Counted from the first letter of the stretch, positions 10,439-21,547 are shown. The stretch: 64,000 bases of DNA from Bacteroidales bacterium (GCA_038244215.1 JBBRTR010000001.1:314-64313); one strand, 5' to 3'. Translations and numbers: made by a program. Notes: generated by a model not told the origin, from the sequence alone.

Positions 10439-12085
10439 ATGATACGGAAATTCCTTTTTATACTTCTTGTATTCACCTCATTTTCAAATGTATATTCCTG
10501 TACAAACTTTCTGGTTGGAAAAGCTGCCACACTTGATGGATCCACATTAATTTCATATAATGCTGATTCATATTTTCTTTTCGGTGCACTATCTCACTAT
10601 CCAGCTGCGATATATACACCCGGCATCCTGCTCGATGTTCATGACTGGGATTCAGGTAAATATCTTGGGAAAATCAAACAGGTTGAGACTACATATTCCG
10701 TTATTGGAAACATGAACGAACATCAGGTAAGCATTGGGGAAACCACTTTTGGCGGACGTGAGGAACTGGTGGATACAACAGCCATCATGGATTACGGAAG
10801 TTTAATGTATATCGCATTGCAACGTTCGAAGAATGCGCGAGAAGCCATAAAAGTGATGACCGATTTAGTAGCCGAATATGGTTATTACAGCGAAGGAGAA
10901 TCATTTTCCATTGCTGATCCGAACGAAGTCTGGATTATGGAAATGATCGGAAAAGGTACACATAACAAAGGTGCAGTTTGGGTTGCGCAACGAATTCCTG
11001 ATGATTGTATTTCTGCACACGCTAATCAGGCAAGAATAACCACTTTCCCATTCGATGATAAAAGTAATTGTCTTTACTCCGAGGATGTAATTGCATTTGC
11101 AAGAGAAAAGGGATATTTTAAAGGTAAAAATAAAGATTTCAGTTTTTCTGATACGTATGCACCACTCGATTATGTTGCTCTTCGAGCTTGTGAAGCAAGA
11201 GTTTGGGCTTTCTTCAGGAAATTTGATCCAAGCATTGACAAATACTTATCGTATATCAAAGGTGAAACATTGGAACGCATGCCATTATGGATAAAACCGG
11301 CTACAAAACTTACAGCTCAAAAACTGAAAGATTGTATGCGTGACCAATATGAAGGAACTGAAATGGACATGACAAAAGGTTTAGCTGCCGGACCATTCGG
11401 AAGCAAACTTCGCTGTAGTCCGCTCACATTCAAGGTTGACAGTGTGGAATATGTTCACGAACGCCCAACGGCAACTCAACAAACCGGTTTTACTTTCGTG
11501 GCTCAAATGCGCAGCTGGCTGCCCGATTATATTGGCGGAGTTCTCTGGTTTGGAGTTGACGATGCTGCCACAGGTCTTTATGTGCCGATATATTGTGGAA
11601 TTAACACTGTTCCTGAATGTTATCGTGAAGATAACGGGAGTTTACTTGAATATTCTCCTACTTCTGCATTCTGGATTTACAACGGAGTGGCAAATTATGC
11701 GTACAGCAAATACTCCTATATGTTTGTTGATATCAAAAAAGTACAAACCAAATGGGAAGACGATTTTAACGCGTTGATTCCGGGCATCGATAAAGTGGCA
11801 GTTGGTATGAAAGAAGTAGATGCACGTACTTTTCTAACCAATTTTAGTTGCTCGCAAGCTGAAAACTCAACAGCAGCCTGGAAGAAACTGGGCGAATATC
11901 TTTTGGTAAAATACATGGATGGCAATATAAAAGCTGAGAAAAACGGCAAATTTATTCAAAACGAATATAAAATTCCAACTACCATTATTCGGGCTGGATA
12001 TCCTGAAGAATTTCGTCGTGAAATGGTAAAAGAAAATACTGGATTGCGTGTTAAAACAGCAGAAGAAATGAAAAACAGGAAATAA
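10439..12085 (+). CDS. C69-family dipeptidase (Ntn hydrolase), exported
   Basis: Signal peptide then the catalytic N-terminal Cys (CTNFLVG); MNEHQVSIGETT, GESFSIAD. Confidence 0.9.
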   Translation: MIRKFLFILLVFTSFSNVYSCTNFLVGKAATLDGSTLISYNADSYFLFGALSHYPAAIYTPGILLDVHDWDSGKYLGKIKQVETTYSVIGNMNEHQVSIGETTFGGREELVDTTAIMDYGSLMYIALQRSKNAREAIKVMTDLVAEYGYYSEGESFSIADPNEVWIMEMIGKGTHNKGAVWVAQRIPDDCISAHANQARITTFPFDDKSNCLYSEDVIAFAREKGYFKGKNKDFSFSDTYAPLDYVALRACEARVWAFFRKFDPSIDKYLSYIKGETLERMPLWIKPATKLTAQKLKDCMRDQYEGTEMDMTKGLAAGPFGSKLRCSPLTFKVDSVEYVHERPTATQQTGFTFVAQMRSWLPDYIGGVLWFGVDDAATGLYVPIYCGINTVPECYREDNGSLLEYSPTSAFWIYNGVANYAYSKYSYMFVDIKKVQTKWEDDFNALIPGIDKVAVGMKEVDARTFLTNFSCSQAENSTAAWKKLGEYLLVKYMDGNIKAEKNGKFIQNEYKIPTTIIRAGYPEEFRREMVKENTGLRVKTAEEMKNRK

Positions 12086-12104
12086 ACATTTTGTTTCAGA
12101 ATTG

Positions 12105-12135
12105 AAAAGAGAGAATTGATATTCTCTCTTTTTTT
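12105..12135 (+). terminator. intrinsic terminator
   Basis: aaaagagagaat-tgat-attctctctttt followed by a T run. Confidence 0.7.
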
Positions 12136-12211
12136 GTGCCGGATGGGAAACTTTTTAATATCGAATACGTTTATCCTTAAAAGGTATTTTAAAAGAAAGA
12201 CTCATATATTT

Positions 12212-12844
12212 ATGAAAATTGTAATTTTTGGTGCAAATGGAAAAACAGGTTTAATCCTGACTGAGCAAGCGTTGGCTGATGGTCATTCAGTCATTGCATA
12301 CATTCGTAGAGCAGGTTCTATTAATTTAGAACATCCTAAATTAAAGATAGTTGTTGGAAATCTGAACGAGACACTTAAAATGAAAGATGCCATGGAAGGT
12401 GCAGATGCATGCTTTTCGACTCTGGGTGGAGGTTCGTTGAGGCATCACGCACCTGAAGTTGTTGCCGGAATTGAGAACATCTTGTCAATCATGCAGGAAC
12501 TTAAAATTCATCGCTTTATTTATCTTTCGAGTATCGGAGCCGGCGAAAGTCGTTTTATGATGCCTCAACCTATCCGGTTTTTTATTGTAAATATTCTGCT
12601 TCGTGTTCTACTTGCTGATCACAATGCAAATGAACAACACATTACAAACAGCAATTTGCAGTGGACTATTGTTCGTCCTGGAAGTCTGACTGATGGTCCG
12701 ATAACCGCGGAGATTAAGCATGGCATTGAAAAAACCAAATTAAAAGGAAATGCGGATATTTCCAGAGCAAATGTAGCGGCTTTTATGTTGAAACAATTGA
12801 CAGATGACAGCTATTTGCAAAAATGCGTTTGGTTATTCGAATAA
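12212..12844 (+). CDS. NAD(P)-binding atypical SDR (flavin/biliverdin reductase B-like)
   Basis: MKIVIFGANGKTG, WTIVRPGSL, ISRANVA. Confidence 0.85.
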   Translation: MKIVIFGANGKTGLILTEQALADGHSVIAYIRRAGSINLEHPKLKIVVGNLNETLKMKDAMEGADACFSTLGGGSLRHHAPEVVAGIENILSIMQELKIHRFIYLSSIGAGESRFMMPQPIRFFIVNILLRVLLADHNANEQHITNSNLQWTIVRPGSLTDGPITAEIKHGIEKTKLKGNADISRANVAAFMLKQLTDDSYLQKCVWLFE

Positions 12845-12960
12845 ATAAAGAATTGATCGATTAGATTTACAGAGTGGAGCTTCAGATGCTTTTCTCTGTT
12901 TTTTTATGTTTTTTATGAAGCAAAATGACTATTTTTGTAACTTAATAAATACAGTACAAG

Positions 12961-13521
12961 GTGACAGAAGATAAACTTTTTGAACGGATAGATTTTACAG
13001 AAGACAGACTAAAGATTGACGAATATGAGAATTGTCGATTTTTAAACTGTAATTTTCACGAGGTTAATCTTTTGAATATTACATTCAGGGAATGCACTTT
13101 CGAAGAATGTGATTTCAGTTTGGCAAAAATGAAAAACACAGCATTAAATGATATTCATTTTGTTGGTTGCAAACTGCTTGGAGTTGAATTCGAAGAGTGT
13201 AATCCGTTTTTACTTTCTCTCGATTTTGAAAATTGCATGCTAAAACTATCTGTTTTCTATAAACTCAAATTGAAAAAAATACGTTTCAAAAACTGCAATT
13301 TGCAGGAAACCGATTTCTCTGAAGCCGATCTGACACAAGCTAATTTTGATAATTGCGATTTACATCGTGCTATATTTCAACGAACAAATCTTGAAAAAGC
13401 TGATTTCCGCACATCTTATCATTACTCCCTTGATCCGGAAGCAAACCGTATGAATAAAGCCCGATTTTCCAAGTCCGGCATTTCAGGATTACTTGATAAA
13501 TACAATCTGGATATTGAATAA
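12961..13521 (+). CDS. pentapeptide repeat protein
   Basis: Tandem 5-residue repeats (CRFLN, CNFHE, ADLTQ, ANFDN); GTG start. Confidence 0.9.
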   Translation: MTEDKLFERIDFTEDRLKIDEYENCRFLNCNFHEVNLLNITFRECTFEECDFSLAKMKNTALNDIHFVGCKLLGVEFEECNPFLLSLDFENCMLKLSVFYKLKLKKIRFKNCNLQETDFSEADLTQANFDNCDLHRAIFQRTNLEKADFRTSYHYSLDPEANRMNKARFSKSGISGLLDKYNLDIE

Positions 13522-13522
13522 T

Positions 13523-13554
13523 AAATGCCTGACACTTTTAAAAGTCAGGCATTT
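13523..13554. terminator. bidirectional terminator
   Basis: aaatgcctgac...gtcaggcattt between convergent genes. Confidence 0.7.
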
Positions 13555-13572
13555 TTCTAAAATAAAATATTT

Positions 13573-15576
13573 CTAATTCTGTTTTTTTAAAACAAAAGCT
13601 GTACGGGCAGGAATATATAGTTTCAACCATTCTCTTCCGCTTGAATCTTTCGGTTGCGGAAGTGTAATATGTATAATGCTTTCGTCAATCAGATTAAAGC
13701 CTCCGAACAAAGATTCATCCGTATTCAAAACGGTTTTATAGCTTCCTTTTTCAGCAAGAACTCCGTAATCGGTGAATGATTTTACGCCATTGAAATTAAA
13801 AATGAATATCAAATCACCACGTTGATATGCCAAAACCTGATCTCCTTCATTACTCCAGAGTTCTTGAATAGGAACGTTATTAAACTCTGGAACAGAATTA
13901 ATCAAACTAATCATCGCCCGATCAAATTCACCTAAAGCATGATACGTATACTTTTCATTATCAACCAATCCCCATTGACGACGTGCATATTTATACGACC
14001 AACCATTTCCTTCGCGTGGAAAGTCAATCCACTCAGGATGTCCGAATTCATTTCCCATAAAGTTCAAATAACCTCCATTTATAGTCGAAGCGGTTATTAA
14101 ACGTATCATTTTATGTAGGGCAACACCACGATCAACAATCAGTGTATTGTCGCCTCGTTTCATATGCCAGTACATTTCAGAATCTATCAAACGGAATATT
14201 ATAGTTTTGTCTCCAACCAGAGCCTGATCGTGACTTTCGGCGTAACTGATAGTCTTTTCGTCAGCGCGTCGGTTAGTCAATTCCCAAAATATTTTGCCAA
14301 CTTTCCAGTCTTCATCTTTAACTTCTTTAATCATTTTAATCCAGAAATCAGGAATTCCCATCGCCATCCGGTAATCAAATCCGATGCCGCCTTCATCAAC
14401 TTTTGTTGCTAGACCAGGCATTCCACTAACTTCCTCGGCAACTGTAATTGCATTCGGATTTACTTCATGAATCAGTTTATTAGCCAATGTCAGATAACAA
14501 ATCGCATCACCATCTTGATTCATATTGTAATACGATTCGTAGCCGGTAAAATCTTCACCCAAACCATGACTGCGATACAGCATCGAAGTTATTCCATCGA
14601 AACGAAATCCATCAAAATGATATTCTTCCAACCAGAATTTGCAATTTGAAAGTAAATAATGAAGCACCGAAGGTTTTGCATAATCGAAACAAAGCGAATC
14701 CCAAGCCGGATGTTCACGTCGCGAACCACCATGGAAATACTGATAGGGCGTTCCATCAAATCGACCCAAACCTTCCACTTCATTACGAACTGCATGTGAA
14801 TGAATAATATCCATAATAACTGAAATCCCCATTCCATGTGCATCATCGATCAAATGTTTCAACTCCTCGGGAGTTCCGAAACGAGAAGATGCGGCAAAAA
14901 AACTGGACACATGATAGCCGAACGAACCGTAGTACGGATGCTCCTGAATAGCCATTATCTGAATGCAATTATAACCGTCACGCAAAATTCGCGGTAAAAT
15001 ATTTATTCGGAATTCTTCGTAAGTAGAAACCTTTTCTTCCGAACTCGACATGCCGATATGACATTCGTAAATTAACAATGGATCTGTTTTGGGTTTGAAA
15101 CCGGTGTTTTTGAAAACATAAGGCTGAAAAGGACTCCAAACCTGTGCACTGAAAATTTTAGTCACTTCATCTTGTACAACACGTCTTGCCCAGGCAGGAA
15201 TACGTTCACCGCTTCCACCTTCCCATTCCATCAGCAATTTATAGAGCTGAGAATGAGCCATTGCATAATCGGGTAAACGAATTTCCCAAATACCGTTTTG
15301 AAGTCTTTTTAGTTGATAATCCGGATGTCGCTGCCAGTTATTAAAATCGCCAATCAGAAAAATGGCAGTTGCATTGGGCGCCCATTCCCGAAAAATCCAA
15401 CCGTCGGATAATCTGTGAAGACCAAAATACAAATATCCAGTCGCAAAACTTGATAAATTCGACCCTTCGCCAACCAGCTTTTTTTCTATAGCTTCAAAAT
15501 AATCATAGCGTCCCTTTATTGCATCTGCATAAGGTGCAAGCCATGGATCGGATTTTAAAATCTTAAGTTCTCTCAT
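13573..15576 (-). CDS. glgB: 1,4-alpha-glucan branching enzyme (GH13)
   Basis: EWAPNA, YYGSFGYHV, FDGFRFDG, YAESHDQALVGDK, FMGNEFGHPEW; likely start MRELK at 15576. Confidence 0.95.
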   Translation of the reverse strand: MRELKILKSDPWLAPYADAIKGRYDYFEAIEKKLVGEGSNLSSFATGYLYFGLHRLSDGWIFREWAPNATAIFLIGDFNNWQRHPDYQLKRLQNGIWEIRLPDYAMAHSQLYKLLMEWEGGSGERIPAWARRVVQDEVTKIFSAQVWSPFQPYVFKNTGFKPKTDPLLIYECHIGMSSSEEKVSTYEEFRINILPRILRDGYNCIQIMAIQEHPYYGSFGYHVSSFFAASSRFGTPEELKHLIDDAHGMGISVIMDIIHSHAVRNEVEGLGRFDGTPYQYFHGGSRREHPAWDSLCFDYAKPSVLHYLLSNCKFWLEEYHFDGFRFDGITSMLYRSHGLGEDFTGYESYYNMNQDGDAICYLTLANKLIHEVNPNAITVAEEVSGMPGLATKVDEGGIGFDYRMAMGIPDFWIKMIKEVKDEDWKVGKIFWELTNRRADEKTISYAESHDQALVGDKTIIFRLIDSEMYWHMKRGDNTLIVDRGVALHKMIRLITASTINGGYLNFMGNEFGHPEWIDFPREGNGWSYKYARRQWGLVDNEKYTYHALGEFDRAMISLINSVPEFNNVPIQELWSNEGDQVLAYQRGDLIFIFNFNGVKSFTDYGVLAEKGSYKTVLNTDESLFGGFNLIDESIIHITLPQPKDSSGREWLKLYIPARTAFVLKKQN

Positions 15577-15625
15577 ATATTTATTTATGCAACAGTTATT
15601 TACAAAAAAAACACAGAATATTAAT

Positions 15626-16072
15626 CTAAACCAGCACTTTAACAATTACTTTTCTGAAATTGCCTTCAGCAATTCCCGGTTGATGACCATCTTGGGGGAA
15701 AAATATCGCAAATTCGAATGCTTTAACCACAATAAAATTAGTTGCTTTATCAGCAAAGAAAGCAACATCTTTTTCCGCATTGTATTCCTGAGTTGTTTGT
15801 GACAACTTGTTTCCAGCAATCCAACCCATTGTTTCAGTCGCTGTTACCGGAATCTGAATATCAATATAGTTTTTATGTGTTTCCATTTTGGCTTCATCAG
15901 CTGTTTTGCCATCCATTTCAACAACATTGACAAACAAATCTGAACCTTCAAGTTCTATTTTTCCTAAAGGCAAAGCAAGTAAATCCGTGTTTTGCAAAAA
16001 ATCGAATGCTTTTTTAAAACGAGGGTTGATGGATTGATATAATCCGGCATTTTCAAGAGAGTCTAAAATCAT
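15626..16072 (-). CDS. YhcH/YjgK/YiaL (NanQ-like) family protein
   Basis: METHKNYIDIQ, FAIFFPQDGHQP, KVIVKV. Confidence 0.9.
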   Translation of the reverse strand: MILDSLENAGLYQSINPRFKKAFDFLQNTDLLALPLGKIELEGSDLFVNVVEMDGKTADEAKMETHKNYIDIQIPVTATETMGWIAGNKLSQTTQEYNAEKDVAFFADKATNFIVVKAFEFAIFFPQDGHQPGIAEGNFRKVIVKVLV

Positions 16073-16096
16073 CTTCTGCGTGTAAATAGTTTATTA

Positions 16097-16768
16097 TTAA
16101 TTGGTTTCATCAACCGTGTAATTCAGAAATTTATTTAATGGATAGGCACATTTCACGATTTTGGCAATTTGTAGAACAAAATCTTCTTTTTTCAGAATTG
16201 CATCATCCAGTTTATATTCAGCAATATAATGTTTGAGTTTCAGGAACTCAGCATCCGGAAAGTCTTTTGGGAAACCTCTTGGCACTGTTTTCAGTTTGTC
16301 TTCTTGAAAAAAGGTAGTGAAATACTGCGAAAATTCAGGATTATTACGGATTTCATTCAGTTCGTCAATATTATCGTAAATACTCTGACGCAGCGCCTTA
16401 AGCATATTGGGTTCAGGCGACCAAACACCAACAGCAACAAAACAACCAGCCGGCTCAAGATGAAGATAATAACCTCCTCGTTGACTTTTTCTCCCTCCAG
16501 CCGAAGCTATGTAAACTCCGAAATGTGTTTTATAGGGAGTTTTATCGTGTGAAAACCGGATATCACGGTAAATTCTAAAAACACAATCCTTCACTTCAAC
16601 ATGTTTAATATCTTCGTCAAATTTTGATATTTCAACAATCAAATCTTTGCAAATTTGCTCAAAGTATTTTTTCAATTCATCAAAACGCGTTTTATTTTCA
16701 GCAAACCACTCTCGGTTATTGTTGATTTTCAATTCAGTAAGAAACTGAAGTATATTTTCAATTTGCAT
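16097..16768 (-). CDS. DUF2461 family protein
   Basis: NNNREWF, FRIYRDIRFSHDKTPYK, LKTVPRGF. Confidence 0.9.
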   Translation of the reverse strand: MQIENILQFLTELKINNNREWFAENKTRFDELKKYFEQICKDLIVEISKFDEDIKHVEVKDCVFRIYRDIRFSHDKTPYKTHFGVYIASAGGRKSQRGGYYLHLEPAGCFVAVGVWSPEPNMLKALRQSIYDNIDELNEIRNNPEFSQYFTTFFQEDKLKTVPRGFPKDFPDAEFLKLKHYIAEYKLDDAILKKEDFVLQIAKIVKCAYPLNKFLNYTVDETN

Positions 16769-16871
16769 ATTCAATTTGTTTAACGTATGACAAATATAAG
16801 GCAAAATTCAGACAAAAAATGAATTAGAAGAGTATTTTTTTAAACAGAACAGAATTTTGTTGAAAATTGAT

Positions 16872-16879
16872 TACTTTTG
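16872..16879 (+). promoter_or_regulatory. -7 promoter box for pheS
   Basis: TACTTTTG followed by C. Confidence 0.55.
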
Positions 16880-16972
16880 CAATCAGTTAGAAAAAATGCA
16901 AGAGCCTGCAAATGAATCTTTAAACATTTGGAATCAGGCTCCTTACCGTTCTGAAGATAAAAGAATTACAAG

Positions 16973-17992
16973 ATGAGAAACCGGATAAATGAACTGCTTG
17001 AAGAAGTGAACAAACTGTCAGCAGCCAGTCAGGAAGAACTGGAAGCACTTCGCATAAAATATTTAAGTAAAAAAGGCCAGGTATCTGAACTTTTCAACGA
17101 TTTCAGAAACGTGGCAAACGAAGAAAAACGCGAAGTTGGTCAACTGTTGAACGAATTAAAGAATGCTGCTCAGGACAAAATAAATGAACTTAAAGAATCA
17201 TTCAACGATAATTCAGCAAACGAAGATAAAACTGATTTAACGCGTAGTGCAGACCCAATCAAACTTGGAACACGGCATCCACTTTCGCTGGTAAAACACG
17301 AAATTATCGAGATTTTTTCCCGAATCGGTTTTACCATTGCCGAAGGACCTGAAATTGAAGATGACTGGCATGTTTTTGGTGCTTTGAATTTCCCACCCGA
17401 ACATCCTGCTCGTGATATGCAGGACACGTTTTTTATTGAACAAAATCCTGATATTTTGCTTCGTACCCATACATCATCGGTTCAATCACGGGTTATGGCA
17501 ACACAAAAACCACCGATTCGGATGTTGTTCCCTGGCCGGGTTTATCGTAACGAAGCCATTTCGTACCGCGCACACTGCTTTTTCCATCAGGTGGAAGGAC
17601 TTTATATTGAAAAAGATGTTTCGTTTGCCGACCTGAAACAAGCCTTGATGTATTTTGCCAAAGAAATGTTCGGCGAACATACTCAAATTCGTTTACGCCC
17701 GTCTTATTTTCCATTCACCGAGCCAAGTGCCGAAATGGATATTTCGTGTAATATCTGCGGTGGAAAAGGTTGTCCGTTCTGCAAACACACTGGTTGGGTC
17801 GAAATTCTCGGTTGCGGGATGGTTGATCCTAACGTGCTTGAAAATTGCGGTATTGACTCCAAAATTTATTCCGGTTATGCATTTGGAATGGGCGTGGAAC
17901 GCATCACCAACCTCAAATATCAGGTAAAAGACCTTCGCATGTTCTCCGAAAATGATGTCCGTTTTCTTGAACAGTTCGAATCGGCATACTAA
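16973..17992 (+). CDS. pheS: phenylalanine-tRNA ligase alpha subunit
   Basis: [47 protein letters not shown]. Confidence 0.98.
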   Translation: MRNRINELLEEVNKLSAASQEELEALRIKYLSKKGQVSELFNDFRNVANEEKREVGQLLNELKNAAQDKINELKESFNDNSANEDKTDLTRSADPIKLGTRHPLSLVKHEIIEIFSRIGFTIAEGPEIEDDWHVFGALNFPPEHPARDMQDTFFIEQNPDILLRTHTSSVQSRVMATQKPPIRMLFPGRVYRNEAISYRAHCFFHQVEGLYIEKDVSFADLKQALMYFAKEMFGEHTQIRLRPSYFPFTEPSAEMDISCNICGGKGCPFCKHTGWVEILGCGMVDPNVLENCGIDSKIYSGYAFGMGVERITNLKYQVKDLRMFSENDVRFLEQFESAY

Positions 17993-18012
17993 AAACACAC
18001 TTGAGATTTATC

Positions 18013-18058
18013 TTAAAGAAATGCACTTGAAAATTAATTTTCAAGTGCATTTCTTTAA
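18013..18058. terminator. 46-bp perfect palindrome, probable bidirectional terminator
   Basis: ttaaagaaatgcacttgaaaatt|aattttcaagtgcatttctttaa. Confidence 0.7.
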
Positions 18059-18129
18059 TTTTCAAAATTAGAATAAACTTCTAAGTTTGTTTGTGGATTT
18101 TCTTTTCAGCACAAAAATAAAATTTACAT

Positions 18130-20346
18130 TTAGTTTTGAATCATTAATTCGTTTTCATATTTTCCGAAAAGATCTTGTGCTTGTTTTACAGCATCTCCTT
18201 TTTCTATTTCTGCAAAACCTGAAGAAGGTGTATTTACCCATTTTTGTTCAAAACCTATACACCACTTTTTAAATGATTTTTCGTCGTATGGTTGGTTTTT
18301 TTGCAATGAATCATCTAAACGATTTAGGAATTCAACCCATCGAGGCAGGTAATAGCTACGAATCAATCCGTTCCATTGCCGATTGGCATAATCAACGAGT
18401 CCACCTCCGGCTTTATGCCATGTTGTAATAATTTCCCGGGCATTTCTTTCGTAATATGCTTTTTCTGAAGCATCTGTTCCCCAATTTCTGGCATCCAAAA
18501 GCCATTTTCCTAATAAAAATTCATGTCGTGTTGCCAGCAAACTATCAATTTCAAATCCTAAGTTCAAAAATGATTTTGAATAAAGTCTAAATTTAGCCAG
18601 ATCTTTTTGCTGATACGCATCCAACATTTTATCGTACAAAACCATTCCATAGTTTCCCAATACCTGACGAGTCAGATTTACAACATCAAATTGATATCCA
18701 TCCGATTGCCTTGACTTTTCGTTTGCCTGAAACATTTTATTCAAAGCATCAGCCAATTGATAATTTTTATAAGGAAACCTTGGATTTGTGGTCCAGAAGT
18801 TTTTATTTAAATCCATTATCGGTGAAACCTGATAGACAACACTGTGACATTTTATTGCAACTGCCGAATCCAACAATACATTCTTTCTGAGCATAATCCA
18901 TGCATCCTCTACCGATTTATCTTTATTTCCCGTTCTTCTGTCAGCATAATCAGAAAACAAATTATCGATATTTATTGCGCTGTTTCTCCATGGCATTTCA
19001 AAAACCATTTCGTAAATTTCAGGATTTATATTCAAACCTTCGAGTGTAGAACCGACACCGACACAATTTTGAATTGTATTTATTTTAGAAATTCTGGATA
19101 AAACCTTATTAACCGGTGCCACCAAATAGGTGTTCCCACCAAAATTTCCGAGATAATTCCAGATAAAAGGAGCTCCGTGAAAATTATCGGATTTTCGGAA
19201 ATACTCCACTTCTTCACACACATAATCCAGAAAAATGAGCTTTCCTTTCGGAACTGCATTGATCATTGCAGCTAAGCGTGGCTGTGTCCAGTGCTTTGAA
19301 TCATGATAAAACGTCCATGACATTTGGTACCATATCGCATTTTTATCTACTGCCGACATGGTATGATAAATGGTCTTTCCAACATTGGCAAGAAATTCAG
19401 CTTCCCAACTTGGTGGTGGAATTTCGTTAAATGGATCGGCAGAATAAAGATGATCTGTCCCGTAAAGCTTTTCTTGTTCAATCAAAAATCGTTTCTGTAT
19501 TTCAGCAAATAAAGAATCTGTCGGATCCAGAAAAAAGGTAGTGTATTCAATATCCATTTTACCCCAACCCGGTTTAATCGGTGTAATTTTCGCTGAGGGA
19601 AAAATAGTTTGAAGCTGTATAGGAATGTGGCCGGCAAAAGCCGAAAGAATAGGTTTCATGCCTAATGCACGCGAACGATCGAGTATTTTCTTTTGTAATT
19701 CACATTGACCATGAATGTACGAAATTGGTAACGGTCCGCCCCACTTATCCATATTTGTCATTCGATGCCAAGGTAAATGCGCCGGTCCCGAAAAATAAGT
19801 TCGTACTTCTAAATCACTCATACCAAACGATTCCCAGACTTTCAGCCAAACTGCCTCTTGTCCCGCTTGCATTAGCGGGCGGTTAATACCGTTCATGGCC
19901 ATCCAGTCAATAAATCGTTGCCACTGATTCCAATCCCAATAAGGAAAAGTATAACCGAAAGTACAAGTATTATTGATAAAACGTTGTTCAGCCCAACTGG
20001 TTTTTCTGATTTTATGCGAGGGAAATGGTAATTTGCCAGCAAATGAAAGAGGTTTTATGGCCATCCAATCATAACTTACCAATGCGAATTCTTTCAAATA
20101 CCAGTTAAATGCTGTTGCAACTGAAACTCCATTATTGCCGCGAAGTATAATTTTCCCATTCTTTGATTCTATTTCAAAGACATCTTTTCCGTTTTCGGAT
20201 GGAATTTGCTGAACAATAAAATCATTGGAATGACCTGGCAAAACACGCTGAATCAATTGAACTGATTCGGAAACTACAGTTGCTTGCAAAGGGACAAACA
20301 AACAAAAAGTGAAAACAAAAAATAACAACTTTCTCAGATTGCACAT
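18130..20346 (-). CDS. alpha-N-acetylglucosaminidase (GH89)
   Basis: NTCTFGYT, IDWMAMNGIN, YSADPFNE, LGNFGGN, DYANRQWNGL, signal peptide. Start 20346 preferred because a TATATTTG box lies at 20366-20373. Confidence 0.92.
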   Translation of the reverse strand: MCNLRKLLFFVFTFCLFVPLQATVVSESVQLIQRVLPGHSNDFIVQQIPSENGKDVFEIESKNGKIILRGNNGVSVATAFNWYLKEFALVSYDWMAIKPLSFAGKLPFPSHKIRKTSWAEQRFINNTCTFGYTFPYWDWNQWQRFIDWMAMNGINRPLMQAGQEAVWLKVWESFGMSDLEVRTYFSGPAHLPWHRMTNMDKWGGPLPISYIHGQCELQKKILDRSRALGMKPILSAFAGHIPIQLQTIFPSAKITPIKPGWGKMDIEYTTFFLDPTDSLFAEIQKRFLIEQEKLYGTDHLYSADPFNEIPPPSWEAEFLANVGKTIYHTMSAVDKNAIWYQMSWTFYHDSKHWTQPRLAAMINAVPKGKLIFLDYVCEEVEYFRKSDNFHGAPFIWNYLGNFGGNTYLVAPVNKVLSRISKINTIQNCVGVGSTLEGLNINPEIYEMVFEMPWRNSAINIDNLFSDYADRRTGNKDKSVEDAWIMLRKNVLLDSAVAIKCHSVVYQVSPIMDLNKNFWTTNPRFPYKNYQLADALNKMFQANEKSRQSDGYQFDVVNLTRQVLGNYGMVLYDKMLDAYQQKDLAKFRLYSKSFLNLGFEIDSLLATRHEFLLGKWLLDARNWGTDASEKAYYERNAREIITTWHKAGGGLVDYANRQWNGLIRSYYLPRWVEFLNRLDDSLQKNQPYDEKSFKKWCIGFEQKWVNTPSSGFAEIEKGDAVKQAQDLFGKYENELMIQN

Positions 20347-20515
20347 ATATATAACTGTTTTTTTGCAAATATACAAAGGAGTATCGATTTATAAAAATAA
20401 TGAAATTGGATTATGTCCGTTTATAAACAATATTAAAGCTTTTTAGTACGGAATTAAAGATTAAAATCCATGGAAATCTGTAACTTTGCAATCGAAACTA
20501 TAAACACTAAATAAA

Positions 20516-21325
20516 ATGAGACTTATTATCCAACCTGATTATCAAAATGTATCGAAATGGGCAGCAAATTATATCATGGCCAAAATTAAAAAAGCTAACC
20601 CTACCCCCGAAAAACCATTCGTCTTAGGCTTGCCAACCGGTTCAAGTCCACTCGGAGTGTATCGCGTTTTAATCGAATTGTACAAAAAAGGTGCGGTGTC
20701 ATTCAAAAATGTTGTAACTTTCAATATGGACGAATATGTGGGATTACCACAAAATCACGATCAAAGTTATTATACATTTATGTGGAGTAATTTTTTCAGT
20801 CATATCGATATTCAACCTGAAAACGCAAATATTTTAAACGGTAATGCTGAGGATTTGGATGCCGAATGTGAAGCTTATGAGTCTAAAATAAAAAGCATGG
20901 GCGGAATTGATTTGTTTTTAGGAGGTATTGGTGCCGATGGACATATTGCTTTCAATGAGCCGGCTTCTTCACTGGCTTCACGTACTCGTCAAAAAACGCT
21001 GACAACAGATACAATTATTGCCAATTCACGTTTTTTCGACAATGATGTAAATAAAGTTCCGAAAACAGCCATTACGGTTGGTGTGGGAACGGTTTTGGAT
21101 GCAAAAGAAGTCATGATCATTACATCAGGACACAACAAAGCACGTGCTTTACGTCATGCTGTGGAAGAACCAATTAACCATATGTGGACGATCAGTGCAT
21201 TACAATTACACCCGATGGGAATTATTGTTTGCGATTATGATTCTTGTGCCGAATTAAGAGTTGGAACGTATAAATATTTTCTAGATATTGAAAAAGACGC
21301 ATTAAATCCGGATAGTTTGTTGTAA
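20516..21325 (+). CDS. nagB: glucosamine-6-phosphate deaminase
   Basis: [29 protein letters not shown]. Confidence 0.97.
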   Translation: MRLIIQPDYQNVSKWAANYIMAKIKKANPTPEKPFVLGLPTGSSPLGVYRVLIELYKKGAVSFKNVVTFNMDEYVGLPQNHDQSYYTFMWSNFFSHIDIQPENANILNGNAEDLDAECEAYESKIKSMGGIDLFLGGIGADGHIAFNEPASSLASRTRQKTLTTDTIIANSRFFDNDVNKVPKTAITVGVGTVLDAKEVMIITSGHNKARALRHAVEEPINHMWTISALQLHPMGIIVCDYDSCAELRVGTYKYFLDIEKDALNPDSLL

Positions 21326-21343
21326 ACGTACAAACACTATCAG

Positions 21344-21378
21344 AAAAATCCGATGCAGATAAGCACCGGATTTTTTTA
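21344..21378 (+). terminator. intrinsic terminator after nagB
   Basis: aaaaatccgatgc-agataa-gcaccggattttttt. Confidence 0.65.
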
Positions 21379-21492
21379 TTTAATTCCCTTCAGTTTTTTA
21401 TCCTGAAAATATTGCAAGTCATATTCAGGATGATATATTGATATTTAGGATAAATTCAATTCTATGCTTTAAAATTTTACGTGCTTTAATCG

Positions 21493-21547
21493 TATCTTTG
21501 CAGGTTCAACAAATGAAACTCAACTTTTAGCTGTCGCATTTGTTGAA
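21493..21547 (+). promoter_or_regulatory. -7 box followed by a 5'UTR inverted repeat upstream of uvrA
   Basis: TATCTTTG at 21493-21500; ttcaacaaatg (21505-21515) pairs with catttgttgaa (21537-21547). Confidence 0.5.

Noticed and set aside
12961-13521. Qnr-type quinolone resistance gene
   Set aside because: It is a generic pentapeptide repeat protein; no Qnr-specific features or mobile context can be supported by eye.
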